A DNA stretch of 64,000 nt, taken from assembly GCA_963667175.2 (NCBI GenBank), contig CAXXXF010000004.1, positions 1-64,000 on the forward strand, given 5' to 3'. Below, piece by piece: positions 43,507 to 53,964 of this stretch (within the stretch, counting starts at the first letter, position 1; each line of letters starts with the position of its first letter). A program made the translations under genes and the position numbers. This DNA is from Candidatus Latescibacterota bacterium. Lineage in GTDB: Bacteria; Latescibacterota; UBA2968; GCA-2709665. A model generated the notes under the pieces. The model made no database searches. It had not been told where the DNA came from and saw only the letters and a program-made list of their open reading frames with translations.

Positions 43507-45282
43507 CTATCCCGTGCTCTTTCCGGATACGTCACCGCCTTGTTTTGCGACCGGACCGGTGGGTGCATCCTTGCTATATAGGGCGCCGCCGCGCTCATAC
43601 GAAACCGAAACACGGCCGTCGTGGACTTCGAGCCGCGGGACGTTCTGGTTGAAGACGTCCCGGTCCGGTCCGCGCATCACCGCCAGCTGGGCGTCGGTCA
43701 TCTCCTCGACGAGATCGCCCCATCGGTTCTCGGGGTGCACCATGTCGCCGCCGCTGCGGTTGAAATTGCGGGATGAATATTTGATCAGGATGGCGCGACG
43801 GCCGATCTCGTTCTTCCACGCCAGGGCGCCGTGCGTCTGGCCCCCATCCATAAAGAAGAGCACGTCGCCGGCCTTCATTTCGGGCTGGACGACCAGGCCC
43901 ATGGGGTCATCACAGGACCGCACCCCCCGGGGCACGCGGTACTGGGCTTTATGGCTGCCGGGCACGCATGCGAACCCGCCCAGACCCGCGGGCACGTCCC
44001 TCAGCTGCCAACTGACCGTTACGGCCTCGCAAAAGCTGCGGCCGTTCTGGTACACGTATCCCCGGCCGGGATTCAGCGGTTCGTTCGCGTCATGCAGGGA
44101 ATGACCCGACCCGCCCTTCACGGAACAGAAGGCGGTGGCGTCGCCGAACCTCACGCCGCTGGCGCCCATCCAGTTGAGACGATGCTCCACCACAGGGTGT
44201 GCGACCATGCGCCGGAATGGATCGCAATAAGGTTCCGGAAGGCGCAGCAGGTTGGGCAGCAGCGGCCGGCCGGTCCCGGCCAGCGCTTTCGATCCGCGGG
44301 AGAGTTCCCCGCCCACTTCGATCCTGTCTTCGAATCGATCGATGGCCTGGTTGGCCTGTTCCAGCCACGCTTCGTCCATCACGTTCCGGAGGACGAGGTG
44401 CCCGCAGAGGTCCCAGAAATAGAACTCCTTCTCGTCGATGTCGGAGTCCGGATTCCTGACGTAGATGGACGGATGGTAGACCTCCCGGGATTCGTCGAGT
44501 CGTACCGTCCTGCCGTCCGTGCGGACCGTTGGCGGCGGCGAAGTGCTCCGGTAGCCGGGTCGCCAGATCGAGGCCCTTTGTTCGGCCGTCATGGCGGACA
44601 TCCATTCGGGCATGGGGGCTTCTCCGGTTTTCGGACCGGTCCCGGCCGAGCGGATGGCGCCCCTGCCCGCGAAGTCGTACGACAGCAGGCGCTGCGGACC
44701 GCTCCCCTTCCTGGGTCGCATGCCCTGAAGCAGGGCGCCGGCGACAAGGAGAAGGTCGCCCGCCTTGAGCGCGGGTTGAAGCGTAAGGCCCATATCGTCT
44801 TTTCCGGTGAGAACGTCGTCCGGGGTTTCCACGTTGGATTTGTGTGAGCAGGGCACAATGACGAAACCGCCTGTACCCGCCTCCGCGTCCGCGAGGGCCC
44901 ACACGGCCCGAACCGTCTCACTGAAACGGCGTCCGTTCTGGTAATAGTAGGCCCGGGTGGGGTCGCGCGGTTCGTTGCCGCCTTCGAGGGGCGCATCCGG
45001 ATCGCACGCGTCGTCGCAGAGCAATTCCGGTTCGGTTTCCAGTCGGAAGCCCTGCCCCACAATCTGATTCAGGTACCAGACGAGCTGGGGATGGACCAGC
45101 AGGTCGCGAAAGGGTTCGCGAAGGGGGCGCCGCCACCCCAGCATACCCTGCGACTTCCCGCTGGTATCGATCGCCGAATTCAGGGCGGCGACCTCGCCCC
45201 CGCCGAGGACGCCCCTGACAATGAGGTAACCTCCAACGTCGAAGCAGTAATTCTCTTCGTGGCTCATCGATTCGCGGTCCAT
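43507..45282 (-). CDS. Tandem two-domain PhyH-like Fe(II)/2-oxoglutarate dioxygenase
   Basis: Two copies of FD..G.L..R.V / HP / GGF..VPGSHK / KAGD.L; ATG 45282 with RBS aggagg. Confidence 0.85.
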   Translation of the reverse strand: MDRESMSHEENYCFDVGGYLIVRGVLGGGEVAALNSAIDTSGKSQGMLGWRRPLREPFRDLLVHPQLVWYLNQIVGQGFRLETEPELLCDDACDPDAPLEGGNEPRDPTRAYYYQNGRRFSETVRAVWALADAEAGTGGFVIVPCSHKSNVETPDDVLTGKDDMGLTLQPALKAGDLLLVAGALLQGMRPRKGSGPQRLLSYDFAGRGAIRSAGTGPKTGEAPMPEWMSAMTAEQRASIWRPGYRSTSPPPTVRTDGRTVRLDESREVYHPSIYVRNPDSDIDEKEFYFWDLCGHLVLRNVMDEAWLEQANQAIDRFEDRIEVGGELSRGSKALAGTGRPLLPNLLRLPEPYCDPFRRMVAHPVVEHRLNWMGASGVRFGDATAFCSVKGGSGHSLHDANEPLNPGRGYVYQNGRSFCEAVTVSWQLRDVPAGLGGFACVPGSHKAQYRVPRGVRSCDDPMGLVVQPEMKAGDVLFFMDGGQTHGALAWKNEIGRRAILIKYSSRNFNRSGGDMVHPENRWGDLVEEMTDAQLAVMRGPDRDVFNQNVPRLEVHDGRVSVSYERGGALYSKDAPTGPVAKQGGDVSGKSTG

Positions 45283-45313
45283 CAAACTTCCTCCTTGAAA
45301 TGGGGAACGGGAA

Positions 45314-46225
45314 TCAGGACACGGCCGCCCATTTTTCCCGTTCCCACTGCTTCTGTCCGATCCTTTCCACGTAGGACGCGCCCCTGTGCTCCAGTAGCCA
45401 TCCCTTGAGCGGTACGTCCGCATCCGTCGGCTGCCACCATCCCTTGACGTCCGCCCCGTCCCCCAGCAGCTGGCGCCGGATCGGATCGCATTTTTCGAGG
45501 ATTTCGTCCGGAATCAGGTTATAGTCCAGTCCTCTCAGCCAGCGATAGCTGTATCCCAGAAACAGCACTTTCCTCGTAGTATCGGACGTATTCAAGCCGC
45601 GGGAATGCCACAGTCGCCGGTCAAACAGGACCGCAGTCCCCGCCTTTACCCGGACCTGCATCATGTCTTCGAACCCCGCAGTTCCGGAGGTCCCGTTTCC
45701 ATCTTCGGGCCAGCGGTCCGGCGGGATATCGCGCTTGTGGCTGCCCGGTACGATGCGGATCCCGCCCCTGTCGGGGTCGCGGGTATCGGACAGCCAGAAT
45801 GCGACTTTCAGCGAGAGCCGGGGATGCGGACGCTCCATTTCCGGTACGGGACGGCCGCCGTCCTGATGCCATCCGCCGGTCTTCGAATCAGCTTTTTCAC
45901 GCGGCTCCGGCGGGTAGTAGATCAGGTGTGAAATATAGTGCTGGACATTCCAGCCCAGTATGTCCCAGACAAGCGGGAACGTCTTCGGCAGGTCCAGCAA
46001 GTCCAGAAACGCGTCGTCTTCGACAATGGTCCGGAATTTGTTCATGAGTTGATCCGGCCCGAGCCCCTGGTTTTGGCGTTCACGCGCATCGACGCGGTCG
46101 CATGCGTCCAGCAGCCGTCCCAGCGTTTTCGAATCCAGCGCGTCTTCGACGATCAGAAAACCCCGCTGATCGAAGTGTTCCCGCTGTTCGTCCGTCATAC
46201 AATGGTCAAGGCAGGCTCGATCCAA
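45314..46225 (-). CDS. PhyH-family Fe(II)/2OG dioxygenase
   Basis: WHQDG (HxD), IVPGSHK, LFDRRLWHSRG.N...RK. Confidence 0.92.
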   Translation of the reverse strand: MDRACLDHCMTDEQREHFDQRGFLIVEDALDSKTLGRLLDACDRVDARERQNQGLGPDQLMNKFRTIVEDDAFLDLLDLPKTFPLVWDILGWNVQHYISHLIYYPPEPREKADSKTGGWHQDGGRPVPEMERPHPRLSLKVAFWLSDTRDPDRGGIRIVPGSHKRDIPPDRWPEDGNGTSGTAGFEDMMQVRVKAGTAVLFDRRLWHSRGLNTSDTTRKVLFLGYSYRWLRGLDYNLIPDEILEKCDPIRRQLLGDGADVKGWWQPTDADVPLKGWLLEHRGASYVERIGQKQWEREKWAAVS

Positions 46226-46464
46226 TTTGATTCCTCCGATCGGTGGCGAAAGGCGTCAATAACGACTGATTTAGAATATCGGGCAGATTCCTAAAAGGCA
46301 AGGACAAAAGAAGCGGGGGCGCAGGGCATTCGCGTTGATTTTTTCGTCCGTCGGCGTTAGATTGCGGGAGACTCTTCGACGCGCGGCCCAGCGGCCCGCG
46401 CAGTTTGTCCGGGCAGGAAACAGGACGTTGTCATTCGCAACATTCCTGGAGAGTGAGACGGATT

Positions 46465-47862
46465 GTGGGACCCCGCAAAACAAACGTGGTGTTCATTCTG
46501 ACCGATGACCAGGGTGTCTGGGCGGCGGGGTGCTACGGCAATTCCGAGATCCGCACGCCCAATATCGACCGGATCGCGAACACCGGCGTGCGTTTCCAGA
46601 ACTTTTTCGTGGCAACGCCGGTCTGTTCGCCCAGCCGGGCGACGTTTCTTACGGGCCGCATTTCCTCTCAGCACGGAGTGCACGATTGGATCAGTGGGGG
46701 AAACGTTGGGGAGGACGCGGCATCCTACCTGGAGGAGGAAATCACGTACACGGACGTGCTGGCGGAAAATGGATGGACGTGCGGAATCAGCGGCAAATGG
46801 CACCTGGGCAACAGCCGGATACCGCAGCACGGGTTCGCGCACTGGTTCGTGCACCAGCGGGGCGGCGGCAAATACAACGATGCGCCGATGGTGCGCGACG
46901 GCAGGCTGATCGATGCGCCGGGATACGTGACCAACGTCATTACGGACGACGCGCTGGCATTCATCGACCGGCATGCGGAAGGCGAAGACCCGTTCTACCT
47001 GAGCGTACACTATACCGCGCCGCACAGCCCGTGGACCGGTCATCCGCGGGACGTGGTGGATTCCTACGACGATTGCGCGTTCGATTCCTGCCCGCAGGAA
47101 CCCCGGCATCCATGGGCCATCGGATTGACGGACCAATGCCTGGGCAACCGCGAGACGTTGAAGGGATATTTCGCGGCCGTGACGGCGATGGACGCGGACG
47201 TCGGCCGGATTCTGGACAGGCTGGAGGCGCACGGGATCCGGGACGAGACGCTGGTGGTCTTTGTCAGCGATAACGGGTTCAGCTGCGGGCGCCACGGATT
47301 CTGGGGCAAAGGGAACGGCACGCGCCCCCTGAACATGTACGAGAATTCGGTCAAGGTACCGGCCGTGATGAGCCATCCCGGACGGATTCCTGAAGGACTC
47401 GTTCAGCCGGCAATGGTGAGTGCGTATGACTTTATGCCGACGCTTCTTGAGTACCTGGAGCTGCCGCTTCCGGAGGGCCGCAATCTACCGGGGAAGAGTT
47501 TCCTGCCCGAGTTGCTTGGCCGCGACGATTCGGGCCGGGAGTCAGTGGTGGTCTACGACGAATACGGCCCTACCAGAATGGTCAGGACGCGTGACCGGAA
47601 GTTCATTCTCCGCCATCCGGATGGACCGAACGAACTCTACGACCTCGTGAACGATCCCGATGAACGCACGAATCGGATTGGAGACGCCGTTCATGCGCCG
47701 TGTGTTGCGGAGATGAGGGCAATGCTGGAAGATTGGTTCGCAACCTATGCCGACCCGGAAAAGGATGGGCGCGAGCGCGGCGTTACGGGCAGCGGCCAGC
47801 AACGGCCGCTCGGAAGGGAATGGGAGAACCGAGGCCATGCGTTTCGGGGGAAGAAGCGATAA
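46465..47862 (+). CDS. Formylglycine-dependent sulfatase
   Basis: NVVFILTDD, CSPSRA, GKWHLG, APHSP, SDNG; start uncertain. Confidence 0.93.
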   Translation: MGPRKTNVVFILTDDQGVWAAGCYGNSEIRTPNIDRIANTGVRFQNFFVATPVCSPSRATFLTGRISSQHGVHDWISGGNVGEDAASYLEEEITYTDVLAENGWTCGISGKWHLGNSRIPQHGFAHWFVHQRGGGKYNDAPMVRDGRLIDAPGYVTNVITDDALAFIDRHAEGEDPFYLSVHYTAPHSPWTGHPRDVVDSYDDCAFDSCPQEPRHPWAIGLTDQCLGNRETLKGYFAAVTAMDADVGRILDRLEAHGIRDETLVVFVSDNGFSCGRHGFWGKGNGTRPLNMYENSVKVPAVMSHPGRIPEGLVQPAMVSAYDFMPTLLEYLELPLPEGRNLPGKSFLPELLGRDDSGRESVVVYDEYGPTRMVRTRDRKFILRHPDGPNELYDLVNDPDERTNRIGDAVHAPCVAEMRAMLEDWFATYADPEKDGRERGVTGSGQQRPLGREWENRGHAFRGKKR

Positions 47863-47863
47863 G

Positions 47864-48026
47864 CTAAAGGCGGGGAGACGTTAGACGTAAGAGGGGATAG
47901 GAAATGAGTGCCCTATGGTTTTTCTAGTTGTTACGATAACGAAAAATAGACTGGCACGGTTAATGTGAAAACACTATGCTAACGTTATCCTCTACCGTCT
48001 ACCGGCTCACGTCTCACCGCTTTTAA
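47864..48026 (+). mobile_element. 163-bp MITE-like element, family A, second copy
   Basis: Ungapped match to the reverse complement of 1365-1527; begins 1 nt after the sulfatase stop. Confidence 0.8.
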
Positions 48027-48105
48027 GCAACCTCTCAACCAGGCCGTCGAAGCGCAGCAATAAGGGATCAGCTGAAATCTATAACGTAAGCGCAAGGAGC
48101 AACCC

Positions 48106-49740
48106 ATGAACGTCGCAGATGCGGTAGCCCATATTATGAAAGCGGAGGGCGTGGAATACCTCTTCGCCTATCCTGTGAATCCCCTCATCGAGGCCGCGGC
48201 CAAGGTGGATATCCGGCCCATTCTGGTCCGCCAGGAACGCATCGGCCTGCACATGGCCGACGCGCTGAGCCGGATGACGTCCGGCAAACAGATCGGCGTC
48301 TTCTGCATGCAGAGCGGCCCCGGTTCCGAGAACGCATTCGGCGGGGTCGCCCAGGCATACGGGGACTCGGCGCCGATCCTTGTGCTGCCGCTGGGTTATT
48401 CCAGAAAGCTGACCAACGTACAGCCGAATTTCAACTCGGCGCTGAACTACCGTCACGTCACCAAGCTTTCCGAGCAGGTGATCCTTGCGGAAACCGTGCC
48501 CGAGGTGATGCGGAGAGCATTCACGCAGGTGCGCAACGGCCGCCCCCGCCCGGTGCTTGTGGAATTCCCGGGGGACGTGTTCGACGAGGAGATTGCCGGG
48601 CCTCTCCACTACCGTCCTGCGCCATCGCTGAGGACCGGTCCGGACCCGCGCGACGTCGAGAAGGCGGCGACCTTGCTGCTGGACGCGCACCGGCCCGTGA
48701 TCTATGCGGGGCAGGGCGTGCACTACGCGGAGGCCTGGGAGGCTCTGCGCGACCTCTCGGAACTCCTCGAAGCGCCCGTCACCACCAGTCTGGGGGGAAA
48801 GAGCGCCTTTCCGGAGAACCACCAACTGTCGTTGGGTTCCGGCGGCAGGTCCATTCCCAAACCCGTGCACCACTTCCTGCAGGAGGCGGACCTGATCTTC
48901 GGGATCGGATGCAGTTTCACTCGCACCAATTTCGGAGTGCCCATGCCCGAGGGGAAACGGGTTGTCCACGCCACGCTGGATCCGGGGGATATCAACAAAG
49001 ACGTGGACGTCGAGCACGGGCTGGTTGGTGACGCGAAACTCACCCTGGAGGCTCTGGCGGAGGAAGTCAGCGCGCGGTTGGATGGAAAAGCCCGGGGCCT
49101 GGCGGAAGGGGTGGCGCGGGAGATTGCATCAGTGAAGCGCGAGTGGCTCTCTCAGTGGATGCCGAAGTTGACGCTGAATGAGGCGCCTCTGTCGCCGTAT
49201 CGGGTGATCCGCGATTTGATGCGGACCGTCGACGTTCCGAACACGATCATCACACACGACGCCGGCAGCCCCCGAGACCAGCTCTCCCCGTTCTGGGAGT
49301 CCCATACACCGCTCTCCTACATCGGCTGGGGAAAAACGACCCAGCTCGGTTACGGTCTGGGCCTTGCCATGGGCGCCAAGCTGGCCAGCCCGGACAAGCT
49401 GTGTATCAATGTCTGGGGCGATGCCGCCATCGGCTTTACCGGAATGGACTTTGAGACGGCCGTGCGCGAGCGCATACCCATACTGTCGGTGCTCTTCAAC
49501 AATTTCAGCATGGCGATTGAACTTCCGATCATGCCCGTTTCCACGGAAAAATACCGCAGCACGGACATTTCCGGTCACTACGCAGACATGGCAAAGGCGT
49601 TCGGAGGCTACGGGGAGCGCGTGGAATCGCCCGACGACGTCGTGCCGGCCATCGAGCGGGGAATCAGAAAAACGGAGGAAGGCGTCCCGGTGCTGCTGGA
49701 GTTCATCACGGCGAAGGAGATCGAATTCTCACTCTTCTGA
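48106..49740 (+). CDS. ThDP-dependent enzyme, acetolactate-synthase large-subunit-like
   Basis: RQER...MAD, QSGPG, YAGQG, GDAA...NN ThDP motif. Confidence 0.9.
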   Translation: MNVADAVAHIMKAEGVEYLFAYPVNPLIEAAAKVDIRPILVRQERIGLHMADALSRMTSGKQIGVFCMQSGPGSENAFGGVAQAYGDSAPILVLPLGYSRKLTNVQPNFNSALNYRHVTKLSEQVILAETVPEVMRRAFTQVRNGRPRPVLVEFPGDVFDEEIAGPLHYRPAPSLRTGPDPRDVEKAATLLLDAHRPVIYAGQGVHYAEAWEALRDLSELLEAPVTTSLGGKSAFPENHQLSLGSGGRSIPKPVHHFLQEADLIFGIGCSFTRTNFGVPMPEGKRVVHATLDPGDINKDVDVEHGLVGDAKLTLEALAEEVSARLDGKARGLAEGVAREIASVKREWLSQWMPKLTLNEAPLSPYRVIRDLMRTVDVPNTIITHDAGSPRDQLSPFWESHTPLSYIGWGKTTQLGYGLGLAMGAKLASPDKLCINVWGDAAIGFTGMDFETAVRERIPILSVLFNNFSMAIELPIMPVSTEKYRSTDISGHYADMAKAFGGYGERVESPDDVVPAIERGIRKTEEGVPVLLEFITAKEIEFSLF

Positions 49741-49831
49741 TCGTTCCATTTGAACCATCCGAGCCCAATCCCGCGCAGCGCGAACCCGTTGCGCCAAACA
49801 ACGTCGCTACACACAAACGGAGGGGATTTCA

Positions 49832-50368
49832 ATGAAGCGAACATCGATTTTCGGCTTTGCCGTTCTTGCCAGTGTGGCACTGTCCTGCGGTGACGACAAA
49901 CCCACGGAGCCAGTCCACGAACTGGTAGGATCGTGGACGTTACAGGGATCCAATTTGGTTGCTACGTTCTCAACAAACCTGCGGAATTACCTTTTGGACC
50001 AGGGCGTGGACGAGGCGACCGCGCGAAACGTAGTCGCGGAGTTCATCAGCGGGATAGAAAACAGCATCGGCGGGTTGAACATCGTGCGAATTAACGCAGA
50101 CGGGACGTATCAAGATAATTCGGGAGGCGCCGGTACCTGGTCTGTCCAGGGCGACGTGTTGACGCTCAATGATAACGATGGGTCTACCATTCAGATGCAG
50201 TATTTTTTGGACGGCGATGACCTGACGCTCATCCTGACCAGGGAGCGATACCTGAACCTGTTCAGGCGGTCGCAGGATTCCGATCAAATTGACGCGGAGA
50301 CACTGGCGTTTCTCGATGTCCTGTTTGGGGACGGAGACACGATCCGTTTTTTCTATAAGGCCAGATAA
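49832..50368 (+). CDS. Lipoprotein, lipocalin-like, paralogue 1
   Basis: Lipobox ALSC, LVGSW, GTWSVQGDVLTL. Confidence 0.8.
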   Translation: MKRTSIFGFAVLASVALSCGDDKPTEPVHELVGSWTLQGSNLVATFSTNLRNYLLDQGVDEATARNVVAEFISGIENSIGGLNIVRINADGTYQDNSGGAGTWSVQGDVLTLNDNDGSTIQMQYFLDGDDLTLILTRERYLNLFRRSQDSDQIDAETLAFLDVLFGDGDTIRFFYKAR

Positions 50369-50443
50369 CGACCGGAAATTCCCGCGGAACCTGGCAGGCG
50401 CAGGGATGAAAATGGCGTTGCGACAATGCCGGAGGACGACCTG

Positions 50444-50986
50444 ATGAGCCGGATATCGATGGTCGGATTGACTGTGCTTGTTGGCGTTGCGATGTCCTGT
50501 GGTGACGACAAACCCACGGAGCCGGTCCACGAACTGGTTGGATCCTGGGTTTACCAGACATCCGAATTCAGTGCCACGGCAGCCAGAAACCTGCAGAATT
50601 ACATGGTGAATCAGGGTCTGGACCTGACAGCCGCGGTTCGCCTGGTCTCGGAATTCAGGAATGAGATGGATAGCGGATTCCGGGATACGGGATTGGAGAT
50701 GGTGCGATTTAATCAAGACCGAACCTACGAAGGAAATTCCGGCAATTCCGGAATCTGGTCGGTCCTGGGCGACGTCCTCACGATGGTGGGCGAAGATGGG
50801 TTTACGATTCAATGTCAGTACTTTGTGGATGGCGAAAACCTGACGATCATCCTGAACAAGCAACGATACCTGAACATTGTCAGGGGGCCCGGAGGTTCGG
50901 TTGAGATTGACCCGGACAAAGTGGCGCTTCTGGATATCTTGTTTGGAGACGGCGACTCACTCCGACTCTTCTATGCGGCCAATTAA
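50444..50986 (+). CDS. Lipoprotein, lipocalin-like, paralogue 2
   Basis: Lipobox AMSC; SCGDDKPTEPVHELVGSW identical to paralogue 1. Confidence 0.8.
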   Translation: MSRISMVGLTVLVGVAMSCGDDKPTEPVHELVGSWVYQTSEFSATAARNLQNYMVNQGLDLTAAVRLVSEFRNEMDSGFRDTGLEMVRFNQDRTYEGNSGNSGIWSVLGDVLTMVGEDGFTIQCQYFVDGENLTIILNKQRYLNIVRGPGGSVEIDPDKVALLDILFGDGDSLRLFYAAN

Positions 50987-51152
50987 CGTTCAGGACGGAT
51001 ACGCCGACGATGCTCGGCCGGCATGTCATTCTGTGCGCAGCGAAGAATCTCCCGTCTTCTCGGCTTGACGTGCGGCCGAAGCCTTCACCAACCCCTATGC
51101 GCGGAGGCCGGCTTTTCATCGGCGCCACCTTACCGTGCCCCCTCTGGCCAAT

Positions 51153-51177
51153 GCAGGGGCGTCCCTTGTGGACGCCC
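51153..51177. repeat. GTAG-type REP palindrome
   Basis: gcaggggcgtcccttgtggacgccc, same family as the island-flanking REPs. Confidence 0.65.
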
Positions 51178-51298
51178 GGCCTCCCGAATCGGAAATGATC
51201 GGCCGCCCTGTCATTCTCCGAAGAATTTTCCGCCCAACGGATTGTACGTCGGCCGAAGGCTCTCGTCATCCAATCAGACAAGGTATCGAACATACGTA

Positions 51299-51327
51299 TT
51301 GACATTACAATTATAAAAGTCTATTTT
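51299..51327 (+). promoter_or_regulatory. Promoter implying a near-leaderless transcript of the second AAA-DUF4143 gene
   Basis: TTGACA-N17-TATTTT ending 8 nt before ATG 51336; no RBS. Confidence 0.6.
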
Positions 51328-51335
51328 AGATATTC

Positions 51336-52502
51336 ATGTATAATCGAATATTGAATATAGATTTAATCGATCAACAGACGTGTTTTCTGTGGGGTCCGCG
51401 CCAGACAGGGAAGAGCACGCTCATGCGTGGGTTGTTTCCACGGGCAAAGCGTTACGATCTGCTGCTGGCCGACGTGTATCGCGCTCTGATAGATCGTCCG
51501 GAGTTGATTCGCGAGGAGTGCCTGGCGGCCGGATTGGACGGCGATTCACAGGTCGATCCGATCGTCATCGACGAGGTCCAGCGGATCCCAGACCTGTTGA
51601 ACGAAGTGCATTGGCTCGTGGAAAACAGGGGACTGCGCTTTCTTCTCTGTGGGTCGAGCGCGCGAAAGTTGAGGCGGGGCGGCAGCAATCTGCTGGGCGG
51701 GCGTGCCATTCGTTATCAGTTGCATCCCCTGGTCTATTCCGAGATTCCTGATTTTTCACTCGAACGAGCGTTGAATGCCGGCCTGCTGCCGAGGCACTAC
51801 CTGAGCGCGCGGCCAAGCCGGTTGATTCAAGCGTACGTTGGCGATTATCTTCGTGAGGAAATCTCGGCGGAAGCGCTGACGCGAAATATCCCCGCGTTCA
51901 GCCGGTTTCTCGAAGTTGCGGCCTTGTCGAACGGCGAATTGATCAATTATAGTTCAATTGCCGCGGAATGCGGTGTCAGCGCGCCCACGGCAAGGGAATA
52001 TTTCCAGATTCTGAACGACACCCTGATCGGAAGCCAGGTACCTGCGTTTCGCAGGCGTGCAAAGCGCCGCGTTGTGGCGGCGCCCCGGTTTTATTTCTTC
52101 GATATCGGCGTTGTGGCGCATCTCACGGGCCGCGGACAGGTCCGTCCGGGTTCGGAGTTATTCGGGAGAGCATTCGAACACTTCATCTATATGGAGGTGT
52201 CAGCGCATTCCAGCTATTCCGGGTCTCTCTATCCAATCACGTACTGGCGCACGACGTCCGGTTTCGAGGTCGATTTCATCCTTGGTACCGGCGACGCCGC
52301 CCTCGAAGTGAAGTCGACGTCCCGGATCCAGGACAGACACCTGAAGGGCATCCGGGCGTTCAAGGAAGAATTCGACGTCGCCCGATGTCTCGTCGTTTCA
52401 CAGGACGCGTCGCCGAGGATGACCACCGATGGCATCCTGATATTGCCCTGGCAGGATTTTCTGGAGCGTCTCTGGAACGGCGCGATCGTCCCAACGGCGT
52501 AG
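51336..52502 (+). CDS. AAA_14-type ATPase with DUF4143 (second, divergent copy)
   Basis: GPRQTGKS, VIDEVQ, GSSARKL, YWRT..GFEVDF...LEVKS. Confidence 0.92.
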   Translation: MYNRILNIDLIDQQTCFLWGPRQTGKSTLMRGLFPRAKRYDLLLADVYRALIDRPELIREECLAAGLDGDSQVDPIVIDEVQRIPDLLNEVHWLVENRGLRFLLCGSSARKLRRGGSNLLGGRAIRYQLHPLVYSEIPDFSLERALNAGLLPRHYLSARPSRLIQAYVGDYLREEISAEALTRNIPAFSRFLEVAALSNGELINYSSIAAECGVSAPTAREYFQILNDTLIGSQVPAFRRRAKRRVVAAPRFYFFDIGVVAHLTGRGQVRPGSELFGRAFEHFIYMEVSAHSSYSGSLYPITYWRTTSGFEVDFILGTGDAALEVKSTSRIQDRHLKGIRAFKEEFDVARCLVVSQDASPRMTTDGILILPWQDFLERLWNGAIVPTA

Positions 52503-52631
52503 CCGCCGTTCCTCGCGACCCGCCCCTGCGCTGCTTCCCCGTTAGCCCTCTCCGCAGTTTCCCTCGCCGCTTTGTATTACTTCGATCACCCGCCCTCGCG
52601 TCGTTCACGTCCGCCACCGGTCCTGTGTAAC

Positions 52632-53492
52632 CTATCCCACGATCGCATTGATGTCCTGTACGACGATATCCGTCGCGCCGAGCGTGCGCAGGCGAATCAG
52701 GAGTCCGGCCGTCTGCGATCTGGGCACGACGGTCTCGATCGCGCTGGCGCTGTCCGACGTGGGGCTGAGCGTGGGGGCGCGTCGCGCGGGCAGGGTCTTC
52801 AGAACGGCGGGCCGGCGCCGGTTGTCGACGTTCAGTTTGACGAGCTGATAGTTTTCGGCCTCGAGTGCGCCCGCCATGAGGTCTCCGAGCGCAACAAATT
52901 CGGGCCGGGGTTCCCGCGCGATAAGCACGATGGGCGATACCATGAACTCCTCGACGATTTCAAGCCCGTTCTCGCGGAGGCTGTCGCCCGTGATGGTGAC
53001 CCCCACACCGTAGTCGAAGAGCTTCATCGCCACCTTGATTTCCGTGCTGCCGTGCGAGAAATCAACCGCCGCATGGGGATAGCGCGCGCGGGTAATCGCC
53101 GGATATTCGGAGCTGATGGCGGCTGTCGCATTTTGCGACGGTGGTCGACTGTCCTGCCGTCGGAACAGCACGACGCGCGCGGGCGTACGGGTCTCGCGGC
53201 TGATATTGAGTTCCGCCAGGCGCCGGAGCCGGGTGTCGGATCCCGCCTCGTGGGCGAGTTCGGTTTCGACAACGCAGTCCAGGCCGCAGATGCCGCAATC
53301 GATCTGCCGTTTCAGGAGCGCCCCGGGAATATCCTGGGGACGCATATAGACGGCCTGACCGAAGAGGTCCAGTCCCTCCATCGCAACCTGGCCGTTGCGT
53401 CCCGTGGGGCGAACGTCCAGGCCGACTCGGGAAAGCAGGTCGCAAAGCGGACCCTGCATGCTGCCGTTGGGCAGACCAAGTGTGAAATTCAT
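52632..53492 (-). CDS. hisG: ATP phosphoribosyltransferase, long form
   Basis: GLPNGSM, RPQDIP, CGICGLD, SEYP, GSTE, TGDSLRENGL and a C-terminal regulatory domain (PTLSP..LGATDIVV). Confidence 0.92.
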   Translation of the reverse strand: MNFTLGLPNGSMQGPLCDLLSRVGLDVRPTGRNGQVAMEGLDLFGQAVYMRPQDIPGALLKRQIDCGICGLDCVVETELAHEAGSDTRLRRLAELNISRETRTPARVVLFRRQDSRPPSQNATAAISSEYPAITRARYPHAAVDFSHGSTEIKVAMKLFDYGVGVTITGDSLRENGLEIVEEFMVSPIVLIAREPRPEFVALGDLMAGALEAENYQLVKLNVDNRRRPAVLKTLPARRAPTLSPTSDSASAIETVVPRSQTAGLLIRLRTLGATDIVVQDINAIVG

Positions 53493-53495
53493 GGT

Positions 53496-53924
53496 TTACT
53501 CCGAAACGGTTCCGGGATCCACAAACGCCAGATTCCCGTTGTCGATGCTGCGGTAATAGCAACCATACCGGGCGCGGCCGTTTTCCTTCGTGTGACACGA
53601 TCCCTCGCCCTTCAGGCGCACCATGTATAGCAGGGAATTCTGCTCGCAGTTCACCCGCACGTCGACCAGCTCGAGCATGTTCCCCGACGTTGCCCCTTTG
53701 ATCCAGAGTTCGTTTCGGGACGTACTCCAGAACGTCGCCACCCCATGTTCGAGCGCGTGGTCCAGCGCCTTTCGATTGGCGTAGCCGATGAGAAGGACGG
53801 CTTTGCTCTCCACGTCCTGTACTGCGACAGGGATGACTGAGTGGCCGGTCTGTGCAACCCGGTTCAATTTCCCGAAGTCGAGTTGAATCGATGTGCCCTC
53901 TTCGAGTTTGACGTCGACAGCCAT
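53496..53924 (-). CDS. hisI: Phosphoribosyl-AMP cyclohydrolase
   Basis: PVAVQD, FWSTSRNELWIKGATSGN, NCEQNSL, SCHT...CYYR; ATG 53924 with RBS agagg. Confidence 0.93.
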   Translation of the reverse strand: MAVDVKLEEGTSIQLDFGKLNRVAQTGHSVIPVAVQDVESKAVLLIGYANRKALDHALEHGVATFWSTSRNELWIKGATSGNMLELVDVRVNCEQNSLLYMVRLKGEGSCHTKENGRARYGCYYRSIDNGNLAFVDPGTVSE

Positions 53925-53964
53925 GGCGATTTCCTCTTTGAGCGGGATTCGGGGTCGATTCTCT

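Noticed and set aside
49832-50986. Diversity-generating retroelement TR/VR pair
   Set aside because: Differences are synonymous and not adenine-specific, and there is no reverse transcriptase in the window.
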